A stretch of DNA of 62,200 bases, filler included, from Sphacelaria rigidula (Eukaryota): assembly GCA_964200075.2 (NCBI GenBank). It is 8 parts of 8 records of this genome, joined end to end, with 100 filler letters (N's around TTAATTAATTAA, not from the genome) between each part and the next. Parts side by side here need not be neighbours in the genome. Positions count along the whole stretch, not along the records: positions 23,365 to 31,052 come from CAXNAA020013786.1; positions 31,153 to 38,839 come from CAXNAA020013787.1; positions 38,940 to 46,626 come from CAXNAA020013788.1; 5 more parts are not named here. The stretch is one strand, 5' to 3'. The notes under the pieces are model-generated. The model did not search any database. It was not told the origin of the DNA and saw only the letters and a list, made by a program, of their open reading frames with translations. The position numbers and the translations under genes are program-made. Positions 23,265-40,026 of the stretch are shown here, piece by piece (position 1 is the first letter of the stretch; every line of letters starts with the position of its first letter).

Positions 23265-25879
23265 NNNNNNNNNNNNNNNNNNNNNNNNNNNNNNNNNNNN
23301 NNNNNNNNTTAATTAATTAANNNNNNNNNNNNNNNNNNNNNNNNNNNNNNNNNNNNNNNNNNNNTGATCATGAGTACACCCCCCCCCCCCGGTGCTTTAC
23401 TGAAGTCAAAATGAAACCCCGAACGATATGCACAGCGGATGATGACCAGTATCGGTCTTGACATTCCCCGAGGCACGGGGAATGTATGGATACGAAACTT
23501 CACGTAGTTTGTGAGCTATCTATCTCGATATATGGGGCACATTAGATCCTGTACTGAAACCAAAACATAAGCAGAGGCACTAGATGCCCTAAATCTGGAT
23601 ATCGCGTCTCAGTTTCTTAGAGTTGTGTTGTCATAAAATTTTGTATGGAGAACCGCTAGTGCATGATAAAATCAAAGAAGAACAGCTTTTTCTTCATTTC
23701 TTCGTTCTTTTCACATATTTTTGTTTTGTTAGGGCCGTTTTAAGGAGAAATGAACATTGCACGTGGGCCTGATCCTCAATTTTTAGATCCATACTTGTAG
23801 CTGTGGGTCAAAAATTCAGCATGGAGAACCACAGAGGCATGCGGAACAAAATGGGCCTTCACTCTTTTTGGAGAGGTTGGGGCGTTCTCGTATAAGTAGG
23901 TGGTTACCATACTTAAACGCCCTACACCAGTGAAGAAATGAAATATTCATCAATACCTGACCCACTGTGACCACGAGTTCAAGATATGGAGCGAATGTGA
24001 CGAAGGCGCTGGAAGGACACGCCGTGCAATGGTCGGCGAATGGGAGATATCTTCACCAAGCGGTGCACTACTATAGGAGCGGGACTCTTTTTGTGAAGTA
24101 CATGGGATGGGTCTGTAATCCCAAACACCGCCGAGCATGATGCGAGGGCTTCGAGGGGATGCAGAGGGCACGGTAATGAGCCCGGACGAACTGAACTGCG
24201 CCGGGAGATATGGTCACGAGGGCCGACTTGCCCGGAGAGCCGAGCACTCTCGGAGGGAAGGAGTGCGAAAAATACCTGAATCCTACATTGCATCACTCAC
24301 CGCGGGTGTGGTGCTAGCCCTCTGTGAAACTCGTACATGTGTTTCGGGTGCAGGGTAGCTCCTAATCCCAACCGCCTAACGCTTGCGTTCTTCATACGTG
24401 CTGACTATAATAGTTCACTCGGCTGTCGCTTATTTACTCAACATGAAGCAAGCTTTCCTTTTTTATCGGGAGGTCGTAATATAAGACGGGCTTGCGGACA
24501 GCAGCTGTGACTGATGTAGGCCGGACAGGCATGAAATTGCGGTATAGACTGAATAAAAGTCTCTCTGAGAACTGCCCTTGCGAACCTTTCATCACGGATT
24601 ATTGGTGGAATACGGGCTGGCAGACTGGGCCTCCTGGGGAATATTTGCTATATTTTTCACGAGGATTCCAGCGCGCTTGTCCGATCTTTGGTACGCCCAG
24701 TTTTACTTTGCGCCGGATTCTTGATTTTTTCAGTACCCCCAAAAAACTTCGAGTTGTCGGGGAAAAGTACGTTTTTTTCCCGACAACTGGACGACTTTTG
24801 GGGCGACTAAAAAAATCAGAATACGGTCAAAAGTGCAGCTGGGCATACAAACCATCGGAGAAGTGCACTGGAACCCTCGTGAAGAACACCGCCAATCTTT
24901 CCGAGGAGGCGAATCCGCCAAGGCCCGTACTTCGCCAATAATCCGTGATGAAATGTTCAGAAGGGCAGTTATCATTATGTTTTCGTCTATAGGAAGCGGC
25001 CTATTACTTGGGGTTGGACTCTAAACTTTTGTGTGGACAATCAAAAGGGTATAATGAAAAACATTATGCATGACCCAACTTTTTTTCATGGCTTCACGGC
25101 ATTTCACTGAAACCTGAAAACGGATCATTGCCGTCAACTCATAAAAAAAAAATAGTCCACGCATAACTTATCTATTATGCTGATTGATTGTCCACACTAA
25201 AATTTAGGGTCCAACTTCAAAGGTAATGAATTGCGAATGGCCCGTTTAGAATCAGGGTCGGTGAAAATTCGGAACAATATTTTGCAGGGCCCTTACCGGT
25301 CAGGTTTTCGTTTTTGTTCTGTTTTTTTACTAGTTTAGGGAGTTTTCGTATCCTGGCGACCATGTTTTTACGAGAATTCCCTCACCTCTCTTCCCCCAAA
25401 ACAATTAAGGCCTAAAAATGTTTTTATTCGGCATACCTTATCCCTGCGTGCTGCCAGCCTTGGCTTGTTTGCATCCTCTTCTCACGGAGAGTCTGCTGCT
25501 GCATATTACAGATGAAAAAATTTCGAATCGCTCACCGCTTTGAATGGGATTTGAATGTCATCTCTGACATGTTTAGCTCCTCAATGTGAGGGGTCATATT
25601 TTCCACAATTTTCAACATTAGCCGCCTACGTTTTTCCGGTTGATGGGCGAAGGCGATTCATTGGGAAATCATCGGTGTATGGCCCGCTGGCGCGGTTAGT
25701 TTAGACTTTACTGGCCAACGCAGCCAGTTCACAGCCCTACTTTTGACGGCTCGTGCCAGGCTTGCGTATAAGTTGTGTATGCTGCGGTTGTACGGCAGGT
25801 GGTGGGGAATGAAACACATGGGTTGTACTCATCTCAGTAAAGTTCGGAACTTGTTTCTTTTTTCGTGTCCTGTTGCTGT

Positions 25880-26510
25880 TCCCCTGAATTTCGGCATATT
25901 GATAAAAATAACATCGTGACGAAATGTCACCTCGTATGGCCGTTTCCTACGGTTCGTATTTTTTTGGGCTCGTGTCTTCTACCTTCGACACATTTGACAC
26001 GGTTTTTGCCCGCGAAACAGAGACGATCGCCATTACACGCCTTGGACATTTCGCATCACCCCACCGAGAGGAGCCCATCCCATTTTCCGATTTGCGCGGC
26101 TCGGAGGTTTCGAAAATGGCCTCAGGATGAAAATGCGGCTCGAAAACAAATGCATTGTCTGCAAATATGTTTTCGTGAAAAATCCTGCACACATCGCTTT
26201 TTTTTCAGCCGTATTTTTGTCCTGAGGCGGTTCTCGAAGACTCCGAGCCTTGTCGTGAAAGTACCAGCAGACAACGTTTTTTGTTCTTCAGTTGTATTCT
26301 TATCCTGAGGTCGTTCTCGAAACACCCGAGCCGTGCGAATCGGGAAGTGTCGAAGACATGTGATGGCGATGGTCTCTGTTCCACGGCCAAAATCGCGTAC
26401 AGTGTCTCACAAGTGAAGAATACGAGCCCAAAGAAATACAAACCGCAAGAACCGGCATCACTGCAAACATTGGCCACCGCACCATGGCTGAACCAAAATG
26501 TGGACCTTGA
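25880..26510. repeat. Foldback element with internal ~88-bp subrepeats
   Basis: 25941-26130 is an inverted match of 26300-26455. Inner CCTGAGG-CGTTCTCGAA-A--CCGAGCC units are repeated. Confidence 0.7.
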
Positions 26511-27659
26511 TTGCTGCACACCGTGGACAAAAGAATACACTGTCAAAAAGTGTACTGTGTGCAGTATCGACTATTGCGTCTTTTGCACCAGACAACGATT
26601 TCCATACGGCACGCAGTACATTTTTTTGCAATAGAACCTTTTGTCCAGGATGTGGATCGCTGGCCCAGCTCGTACCCGTTTTCCGAAGTGCCCATCTTGT
26701 GGTTGGCAATGAGGAAGAATTCGCGTCCCGCGCAGAGGATTTGTTCTGTCGTCTCAGCGAAGGCTCTCTCCTGAGTGGCTACTTGTATAGGTTGGGGTAA
26801 CGGCAATTCAGCTGTGTTTTATTCGTCGAGTATTTCGTAGATGATGTACCTGATCTCGAGCAATGTCTTTTCTTCTCGGTCCTTTCCTCCTCTTGCAATG
26901 TGTCCACCCACATTTCTCCTGTGACCAGTGGCGCTAAATCCTTTTCAGACGGGTCACACGGAGCGGACCGAGCCTGGCGCGTGGTGCTTCTATACATCCG
27001 TTTTGAGATATATTTTCGAAATTGATGGTTGCCAAGAAGTGGTTGAGCAGCATAAATATTTTATCATAGTGCCCTCCCGCGGATTCGATTCACGCATGTC
27101 ATCTGCCCGGGATGTAGTGGGGCAAGGGGGCCGAAAAAATGACACATTTAGTTTTGCGCAGATTCTGTTTCAATTTCGTAGCCCTTGGGTATTCGTGGGT
27201 TGACGGCGGGGTGGTTGTATTGTATTTTCCTCTTCGATTTCAAGATGGATGGGAGTGGTTATAACGCTCCTTGTTTGTTTTTTTCTGTCGAAGATCAAGA
27301 TGGGGTGGGGGTGTAGAACTTATGGCTGATGGACACGATAGTAACTACATATATATATATATATATGTATGGCAGAGGCGTCATACATCACAGTTCTCAA
27401 CGGTTTGAATGGGTCTACGGGATGGTCTCAGCACGGGTTGCGACTTGTTGTTGGCAGTATTACTCACAGGATCGTTCTTGGGCCGAAGTCTGTCACTTTT
27501 TTTTTTGGGGGGGGGGGTTATAGTTGTTCTTGTTATGTCCTTAAGGCGGCAGATTCATGTGATGCAAAGAGGGGAAGAATACACGACATCATCAACTGCA
27601 AGGAAATATTCTTTTGTTGACTCCAACGTGTGGGAGACGTCGACATCTGTCCAAATGCG

Positions 27660-27840
27660 GGACCCTGTGCAAGGTTGCACACGGGATCTTGTGGAAGGTC
27701 AAGAACAGGACCTTGTGCAAGGTGCCTTACAGGACTACCTTACAGGACCTAGCGCAAGGTACCTTGCGCAACCTGACACCTTACCAAAGCTGGATAACCT
27801 ACCTTGCCTGACCAGGTTGCGCAAGGTGCCTGCAAGGTCC
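27660..27840. repeat. Degenerate tandem repeat of palindromic ACCTTGYGCAAGGT units
   Basis: Repeated GACCTTGTGCAAGGT / ACCTTGCGCAA motifs. Confidence 0.7.
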
Positions 27841-28429
27841 CGGAGTCTGCCCCCAGTGACCACCTGTGAAGCATGCAGCACACAACACCGTTCGGGGCGG
27901 CCATGCCTTCGTTCAAGGAATCAACTTCACGCAAGAAAAATATAAAGCGACGAGCAGCAGCACACGCTGTGGGGACCAGTCCGGCCCACGGGTGGCCACT
28001 GGTACACGTTATATCAAGAGGTTACGGCCGACCTTCCGTAACGCTGTCTATACGCATTTTGGAACCTGGAAGGTTCTGTAACGTACCCGCGTAACGTCTG
28101 AAGTTACGTAACGTTCGCAACCACAAGGTGGAAGGTTATGGACGGTGCCTGTTCGCTTCTTGAACAAAAAATATGCTGTGTGGTACGTCCCAGCATGGCA
28201 CTTCAGTGATCTTCGGGGTTTCCCGCCCCTCGCAAGCCTCACTGTCCACATTTCAAATTCCATCAACAATAGATCATCTGTAGCCTCGAATCCAAGGTCG
28301 TGTTCCACAAGCGGGCTTTTGACCATCGAGCCACCAGTGAGCGCTCACTACTTCAATGGGTAAAGTGCTCACTTCCTGAACAAAAGATATACTGTGCGTG
28401 GTCTGTCCCGGCATGACACATCAGTCATT

Positions 28430-28672
28430 TCCGGGTGCCCTTCGGCCATAGCTACGTACTCGGCCTCGGTGGTTCACAGGGTAACGCAGTGTTGCGTTCG
28501 ACTAGTATACTCGATACTGCCATCCCTCCGTACATCACCGCTACCCCGGAAACTGATCGCCTCTCTGTCTCTTTCTTGAAGTGGTCAGCATCGCAATAGA
28601 CTGAGAGCACTCTTTTACCTAAACTGAATGTCAGACCGCAGTTCCTAGTCGCGTTTAGGTTCAGTAGGACTT
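28430..28672 (-). mobile_element. Ty1/copia RNase H fragment
   Basis: GLTF..LSVYCDAD..RRSVSGVAVMYGG..TQHCVTL*TTEAEYVAMAEG is a copia RNase HI signature, with a frameshift and a stop. Confidence 0.85.
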
Positions 28673-28818
28673 TTAAGGGGCGTCATTTTTTCATTGACCA
28701 CTGCCTGGCGAGTAATGGATTCCAGACCCTTCCAGACGGGTTCGATTCCCGCCGCCACCAATTTTCATCTGTTTTCCCAACATGTTTTTTTATTCCGCAA
28801 TGCTGATGCGGCGTGTAC

Positions 28819-30656
28819 ATACAAGATATACCATCCGTTGACGGTATGATATACCGAGGAACACCCTGAAAGTTCTTGACTGCTGCTTTAAATACATGAG
28901 CCGAGCTGACGTTGAAAAATGAGGGGGGGGGGGGGCGTACTCATTTGTTGCTTGCCTTAGTCGTTTGACCATTGACCACGCACCCCTTTCGAACCGGAGC
29001 ACCGTTCTTACTCCTAAAAGGAGGGGGGGGGGGCGTGCTGTAAGGAAGGCTGCGTGTCCGGCTCGCGGCACCTTCCTTCCGAGGTTCTCTGACCTTATAT
29101 AAAACACGTGGTTTTACAAATTTGGGATGGATTTATTTTTGGGGATGAGGACCCGGAGAATACAAATCTTCGTATCCACACCAAATCTTCGAAATATGGT
29201 TCCATTTCTTCACTTTCTGGTAGCTATTGACAACTACTACACGTCATACAAATTTGGATTCCAACAACCGAAATTTTGGAATCCTAGGTGAAAAACCAGT
29301 CACGGGGTCCGATCGGATCACCAAAATTTCCCAAAATTGGTTTTTCACCCAGGCCCCCAACATTTTGGTTATCGAAATCCAAATTCGTATGACGTGTGGT
29401 AGTTGTCAATAGCTACCGGCGAGTGACGGAATGGAATCATATTTCGAGGATTTGGTGTGAATACGAGATTTTAATTCTCCGGGTTCTCATCCTCTCAAAA
29501 AATCCATCCCCAATCTGGAAAATGACGTGTGATGAGGTGCTGAAAATAAACAAGGTTATATAGTCATGTAACTTCCTAGAGCATGGATTACGCGACCTCA
29601 CATAAGGTGCTGGAAATAATCCAGGTTATGCTTGCTGTATAAGCTCCTGTAACGCGGATCACGCGACGTTACATAAGATGCTGAAAATAATCCAGTTTAT
29701 GTTGCTGTATAGCCTCCCGTAATGTGGGTTACGCGACCATACACGAGGTGATGGGTGTAACCCAGCTTATGTAGCCGTATGACCTCCCGTGACGTGTACC
29801 AGTGGTCAACCGTGGGTTCAGGCGATCGGTAGCGGTGGACTGAGCTGATCGAAGTCAACCATAGCACACACCATTGGGACCTGCTCTGAAAAAGAGATCA
29901 GTACGGATGTACGAAAAGGGGTCGAAGTACCAAAGTGTTTCAAGGGTGTGAACCTCGAGCACTCCATGAACGCAACACGAAAGAAAAAGAAGAGAAAAAC
30001 ATGGGGTACATCCACAACAAAGACAGGACACTACACATAAGTAGAAAAGAGACGAAAGAAAACGAACCAAAAAGACAAGGACAAAACAAAACACACATAC
30101 AAAAAACAAGACCCATGACATAAAAAACCAAACACACACACATGTACCAGAAGGTTCAACGAGCGCAACGTTTTCAGAAGAGGAACACGTCATTGCACGG
30201 ATGGCCACTGGTACACGTTACGGGAGGTTATACGGTTATATAACCTGGGTTACACCCATGACCTTATGTAGGATCGCGTAACCCCCGTTACAGGAGGTTA
30301 TGCAGCAACGTAACCTGGATTATTTTCAGCGCCTTATGTAAGGTCGCGTGGCCCAGGGTACAAGAGGTTATACAGCAAGCATACCTGGATTATTTTCAGC
30401 ACCTGATGTAAGGTCGCGTAATCCACAATCCAGGAGGTTACATGACACTATAACTTTGATTATTTTCAGCACCTCATGTAAGGTCAGAGAACCTCGGGGG
30501 GAACGTGCCGCGAGCCAAACACGCAGCCTTCCTTACAGAGCGCCCCCCCCCCTTTTCACACCCGTCAACTCGACTCACGTATTTAAAGCAGCAGTCGAAA
30601 AATTCCAGGGTGTTCCTCGGTATACCATACCGTCAACCGATGGTATTTTCTCGTAT
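28819..30656. mobile_element. Large foldback element with long modular TIRs containing ~70-bp tandem subrepeats
   Basis: The left arm 28819-29814, minus its inserts, is the reverse complement of the right arm 30196-30656. Ends are ATACAAGATATACCATC and GATGGTATTTTCTCGTAT, with about 4 subrepeats GGTGCTGAAAATAATCCAGGTTAT per arm. Confidence 0.88.
29103..29531. mobile_element. Hairpin MITE (~430 bp) nested in the left arm of the foldback element
   Basis: ~195-bp arms are reverse complements (e.g. GTAGCTATTGACAACTAC / GTAGTTGTCAATAGCTAC). It is absent from the matching position of the right arm (GACCTTAC|ATGAGGTGC). Confidence 0.88.
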
Positions 30657-30832
30657 TGATTGATTGATCGAGTGATTAATTGATCATTTCACATTAGCTG
30701 ATTGCAACAATCCAGCCCGTGGTCGGGAGCAGCAAAAATAAAACAGAATAATAAAAATAAAAAACAGAAAGGAACAGAAAACGACAGGAGCAACGGTCTC
30801 AGAAAGGAAAGAAAGGGGGCAGCGGGCAGCGA

Positions 30833-30899
30833 TAACAATAACAACAACAACAACACACCACCACCACCACCAACACAAACACCAACAACAAACAACAAT

Positions 30900-30940
<41 letters not shown>

Positions 30941-30990
30941 ACAACACACCACCACCAACACAAACACCACCAACAACAACAAACAACAAT

Positions 30991-31043
<53 letters not shown>

Positions 31044-31052
31044 ACAACAACA
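30833..31052. repeat. (ACA)n/(ACC)n microsatellite at contig end
   Basis: Directly visible. It explains the poly-N/poly-V/poly-L/poly-C ORFs. Confidence 0.95.
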
Positions 31053-31260
31053 NNNNNNNNNNNNNNNNNNNNNNNNNNNNNNNNNNNNNNNNNNNNTTAA
31101 TTAATTAANNNNNNNNNNNNNNNNNNNNNNNNNNNNNNNNNNNNNNNNNNNNCCCGTCCTGTTTCGCCGTCTCTGGCCACCATCTATCTCCTAGTATAGC
31201 CATCGTTTTCTCCCTACTGTCGGGTGGGTAGATCAATGGGAGATACATGTTCAGGTCAAG

Positions 31261-31836
31261 AGGTTGTGTTTGGATTGATTGCTCACACCTGCAACCTGGT
31301 ATATCTATAACGGTACACCCTGACCCGGGGTAGGGGTATGGGAGGCTTACAGAGCTCACAGAAATTTCGGGTACCGGTACTGGATGAAAATCTTACAAAA
31401 ATTACAGAACTTGTCGGGTACGATATGGGAGGTTCACAGAAAAACCGTAGTGGCAATCGGGTATTTCTTCAAGAGCATACCCGCGCTCCAGGTACGGGTG
31501 AACATTATGTACAAAGCTCACAGAACTGTCGGGTAAGGGTATGGGAAGCTTACAGAACTCACAGAAACTGTCGGGTAGGGTATGGAGGTTGCACAGAAAA
31601 CCATACCCGCAATCGTGTATCCTATCAAGAGCGTACTCGTGCCCCCCAGTAACGGTACGGGAGGCTTGCAGAAATTACACAAGTATCGGGTAAGGGTATG
31701 AAAGTCTTTCAGAGATTACAGAACTGTCGGGTACCGGTAAGAAAGTCTGACATAAATCACAGAACTGTCGGGTACGGTAAATACCCGGGAAAATACCCCG
31801 GGTATACAGAAAACCGTACCTTACCGAACACAACCA
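31261..31836. mobile_element. MITE-like element with ACAGAACTGTCGGGTA tandem subrepeats
   Basis: Ends AGGTTGTGTTTGG and CCGAACACAACC, with many subrepeats. Same family as 6515-6775. Confidence 0.7.
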
Positions 31837-34140
31837 GATAGTATGTTCCTGGTTTTGGTTAGCTCTTCGTGTATCACCCTGTTCGCCCTGTCGCGAAAAC
31901 CGCCTCTTCCACCGACGTTACTGTCTCGAATTTTCATCAGCCCTTCATTTAGACCCCATCTCTGTGGCGTCTTTTTCTTTGTTTTTTATTTTCATGCTGT
32001 TTGGCATTTGATACTATCACTGGTCTCAAGGCAGAAAGGCCGGCTCCCTGTGCCTGAGACGCTATGCATAAACTCACAGGGAGCAATCTGTCTGACTCGC
32101 GTAACCGACGCGCTAGGGTCCCAGGTTCTCGCAAATGGCCACTTCGGGCAGTGTTGGGTCAGGAAGAATGAACTCGGTGTGCCAAGGTTAGTTCACCAAC
32201 ATATTTATGCCCACAACGGCGACTGAAGGTGTTATCGAACTCAGTTTTTTTCGTCTAGATCCAAGTCAGATCCACCCACAGGTTCACATATGCGGTGCTT
32301 TTGCGGTGGTCATTAGTGGAACATCTCCGTACTGGTACAAGTAGCCGCGAGAAGAGGACACGACATCTACACACCAAGCCCCGACAGAACATGCATCGAT
32401 ACCCACTGCTCACGCCCATTCGCTCCACCGCTAGCCCTTGTCCATGTACACACAGCAGTCTTTGTTTGACGGAGGTTTGATAAGTTCTCGAGGAAGGGCG
32501 GCCGCGTGCGTATCCTTTTACAACCGAACGTTGCTGACGCGTTGCATGTGGGCGTATTCGGCAGAGGTCGACCAAGCCGAGCGTTACATGATCAGCTGAT
32601 CTACAGCTACCGCTCGAACTGCATTTGTTTGGTTCGCGATGGCAGTGGGGCTCTCAGGTTCACGTGTAGCTGTGTTTGACTGTGTGTTACACCTTTGCAC
32701 GTCGTGCTTGCTCCCTGCAATGACTGCGTGTTTATATTCCCTTCGAGCAAACTTTGTGCTGATTCGCGCCTTCCGTTTTGAGAAACTCCTGAATAAATTT
32801 TCGACATCGCTTTTGCGTTCCCGTGTCAAAACCGTAGGTTTTGTCTGCCTGTGAATCGTACGAAACGATGATTCGTACCCTCTCCATTTGTGCGGAACGA
32901 CTTCATACCTTAAACTTTCTTCCACCCGTTAGTCTTACAGGGCAACAAAAATCAAATATATATATTTTCTCACAAACAAGGAATTCATGCCTTGCGAATC
33001 GCTCGACCATGAATTGGCTCTCATCGACCTTTGTCGACGACGGGATATGCATGCCCTAACTCTCAGCACCAGACCTGAGAGCATTGAAACAATTTTTTTT
33101 GGATCCTGGTTACTGATGCATACTTTTTTCGGCTTGTCGATTACGTGGGAATCAAGAGTATTTTTTTTTTTCCGGGGGGGGACGAAGGCAGCTTGATTTT
33201 TTGGGGTCATCGAATGAGTACAAGAGCCTCGCACTGGGAATATAATTTCAGAATGTTGACCATATAGTGGACACCATGTCGACGGCGATGGGCTGCTTCA
33301 ACGCCCGATGGAAGTCTGTCGACGATGCAAGTACGCGTACTGTATTTCAAAGTATAGGCCACTGTGCCCGGTATTCCGACGTTGGTTTAAGGGCGTTATC
33401 TGCCGTCATCGACGGCACCGAGTGTCGACCGTGCACTATTGAATGGGTGAGCCACACGCACACTGTGAGACAGGATAGATTTTATACTTCGAGAGGCTGC
33501 CTCAACAGAAAGTATGAGTCAGCCGAATGCTGTCTTATGAGCACATTGTTACCGTTTGATCGATCTACATCACCACCATTCACTTGTTTCGTCCTTGTCC
33601 TTTAGTAGGCTGTGTGATTCAGCAATATTTCTACCGACGATAAGTCAGCAACTCAACTTACCAAGGAAACACGTTACAGCAAAACACGTACCAGGTGAGC
33701 ATGCAGCAGGCAACCAACGATTATTTTTTTTATTATTATTATTATTATTATCATCATTATTATTTCCGCACATTAGTCCGATCTCTCAAACCCGTGGTCA
33801 CACACGTAGGCTCGTCTTTTCAATACCGTCCCTTCTACTCCTCACAAGACATGGAGTCCTCCTCCATCATTTTTTCAGAGACTCCAGCCTAAATACATGA
33901 ACAAACGCAATCAACTCACGAAACAGTCAAGGAATCAATTACTTTTATGGAGTATTCACATTCAACGGTACATTCAATGAGGTCAGGGCATACTCGCAGA
34001 ACGCGATACGGGGGTCTCGTAACGCTCATGGCACGTAGCTCTCCGTGAAACATTGTGCACTGTGGTATCATCCGTATGATGCACGAGAACTTTGTACGCT
34101 GGTCAGTAGCACCGTCGTTTCGAGCTTGCGTCTCGCTCGC

Positions 34141-38304
<4,164 letters not shown>

Positions 38305-39008
38305 GTAAGTTGAGCGGGGTGAGAGCAGAAGGGTTGTGCGTAGGTTGTTGTACGATGCGCGTGGAGTGTCGAAACTGTGTTTTTGATCGTAGGGTATGAG
38401 AGTCTTGCCGCTGAAGGGTGAGAGGGGGGGGGGTACACGGGGAACGGGACAGGGTATCCGCACACGGGTTGTACGTACCTTCCAATCGTAGAGTCAATCA
38501 ATGAAATCAGAACAGTATTTTTTTATTCGAAGCAGTGTTTTGTTATTTGGTGTATGTGTACGAAGTATACTGTGCTCTTGCCACGTTGGCAATTTTCCGA
38601 AATCGAAACTTTCGCCCTCCGCTGGCTTCATGGCTACTTGAGGGGGGTTGAGTGGATGTTTTGTTCCAGACAAAAAATCGTTTGATTTCCGTTTCGTGGC
38701 TCGCTCACACAACACTTGGACTCAATTCCTCGGCTCGCTCTGAAGTACACGTCTAACGTGCCAAGCAACATTTCACAGTCGCGATGTACTCCACTACACA
38801 TACATATATACATACATACATACATACATACATACATACNNNNNNNNNNNNNNNNNNNNNNNNNNNNNNNNNNNNNNNNNNNNTTAATTAATTAANNNNN
38901 NNNNNNNNNNNNNNNNNNNNNNNNNNNNNNNNNNNNNNNCTCAAAAACTCGATGACTATAGTCCAAAGAAGTGTGTTTCAGCATGCGTTGTTACGTGTTC
39001 CGTAGCGC

Positions 39009-39844
39009 TTAGAGGCACGTCCTCCTGTTCAAAAACCGCCGCACCCTGACGACGGTGGATCTTCTTTTGAACTGCTCATCATGCTTGGGCTGCCATATAA
39101 GAGCTTCTGGTACACAAGTGCCATGGCCGAAGCTGTTGGAGTGCCCCGAGCCTATGGGACAAAATGAATGAGATTTCGATGACCGCTTCAATCTCTCCCA
39201 AATGTTGAACCTCAAAATCGGGTCCAGGCTGCTATTACTTGTTTCCGAGTTGCGATGACGAACAATCGGTACATTCCGACCGTAATGATCTCTCTCGGAT
39301 ATGGGAGTCACTTGTGCTTCCACCTGCGAACTTAGGGGACTGATGAAAACCATATTCCGACAAAAAAGTGAACTTCTTCAATGCGCCGCATGACTTCCAC
39401 GACTTTTCTTCCCATCAAGCGATACTTCAAGCCAGCTTGACGTCGCTATGTGCGCGCTCTCACATTATTCGAAATCGCCCTACCCGTGCTCCATTTTTCA
39501 CCACGTTGACAACGTTCATGGTCGATAAGAATAAGCTGTTTTTGGCACTTCACAATCACCAACCATTGTTCACTGGGCCTGGCTGTGTAACTCAGCGATT
39601 CGTGTAACGCGTCAAAAGGGCGTCGGAGAAACGGGAGAACGTTAACCAGCGACGCTACCAAGCGCGATTGGTGCGCATACGTTGAAAGGTGAAGTCGCGG
39701 AGGTTGGCCTCAGCAAGCTCCACGATGGATCACGGTCACCCTCACCCTCATCCTCACCCTCACCATCAAGGAATGTGCTCCGCCGAGTGATGCTGCCATT
39801 GTTCTCGAGAATATTTCAACGAGCTTCTCCATCCCGCACCCCCC
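39009..39844 (-). CDS. RRN3: Probable terminal exons of RRN3 (39844-39681 and 39323-39009), low-complexity acidic C-terminus; frame problem in the first
   Basis: Acceptor aaatag| at 39844, donor AAC|gtatgc at 39681, acceptor ttcgcag| at 39323 opening a reading frame to the stop at 39009. Acidic DGEGEDEGEGD tract. As given, the first exon is 164 nt and out of frame by one base. Confidence 0.45.
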
Positions 39845-40026
39845 CTATTTCGTCAGACTAATTCATTGCATTACTGTGCGTTGCGTTCGTGAACGGTATA
39901 TCATCAACAGTCATGACGTGAGCCATCTAAATATTGGTGACAAATCAACCTACGCACCATTACCGACCTCCCGACATCCCCACCGACAGGTGTCTTTAAA
40001 AACCGCCGATGCAAAATACAACTTAC

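Noticed and set aside
28705-28760. tRNA-like GGGTTCGATTCCCGCCGCCACCA
   Set aside because: Only the T-arm and 3' half are recognisable, and no full cloverleaf forms. More likely a SINE head. The same applies to the B-box at ~21488-21498.
29531-30480. ~70-bp repeats as a CRISPR or iteron array
   Set aside because: They are contiguous degenerate subrepeats mirrored in both arms of a foldback element, with no unique spacers.
30684-31050. Poly-L/V/N/C ORFs, plus the poly-P/G ORFs at 7457-7744
   Set aside because: These are translations of microsatellite and poly-C tracts at contig ends.
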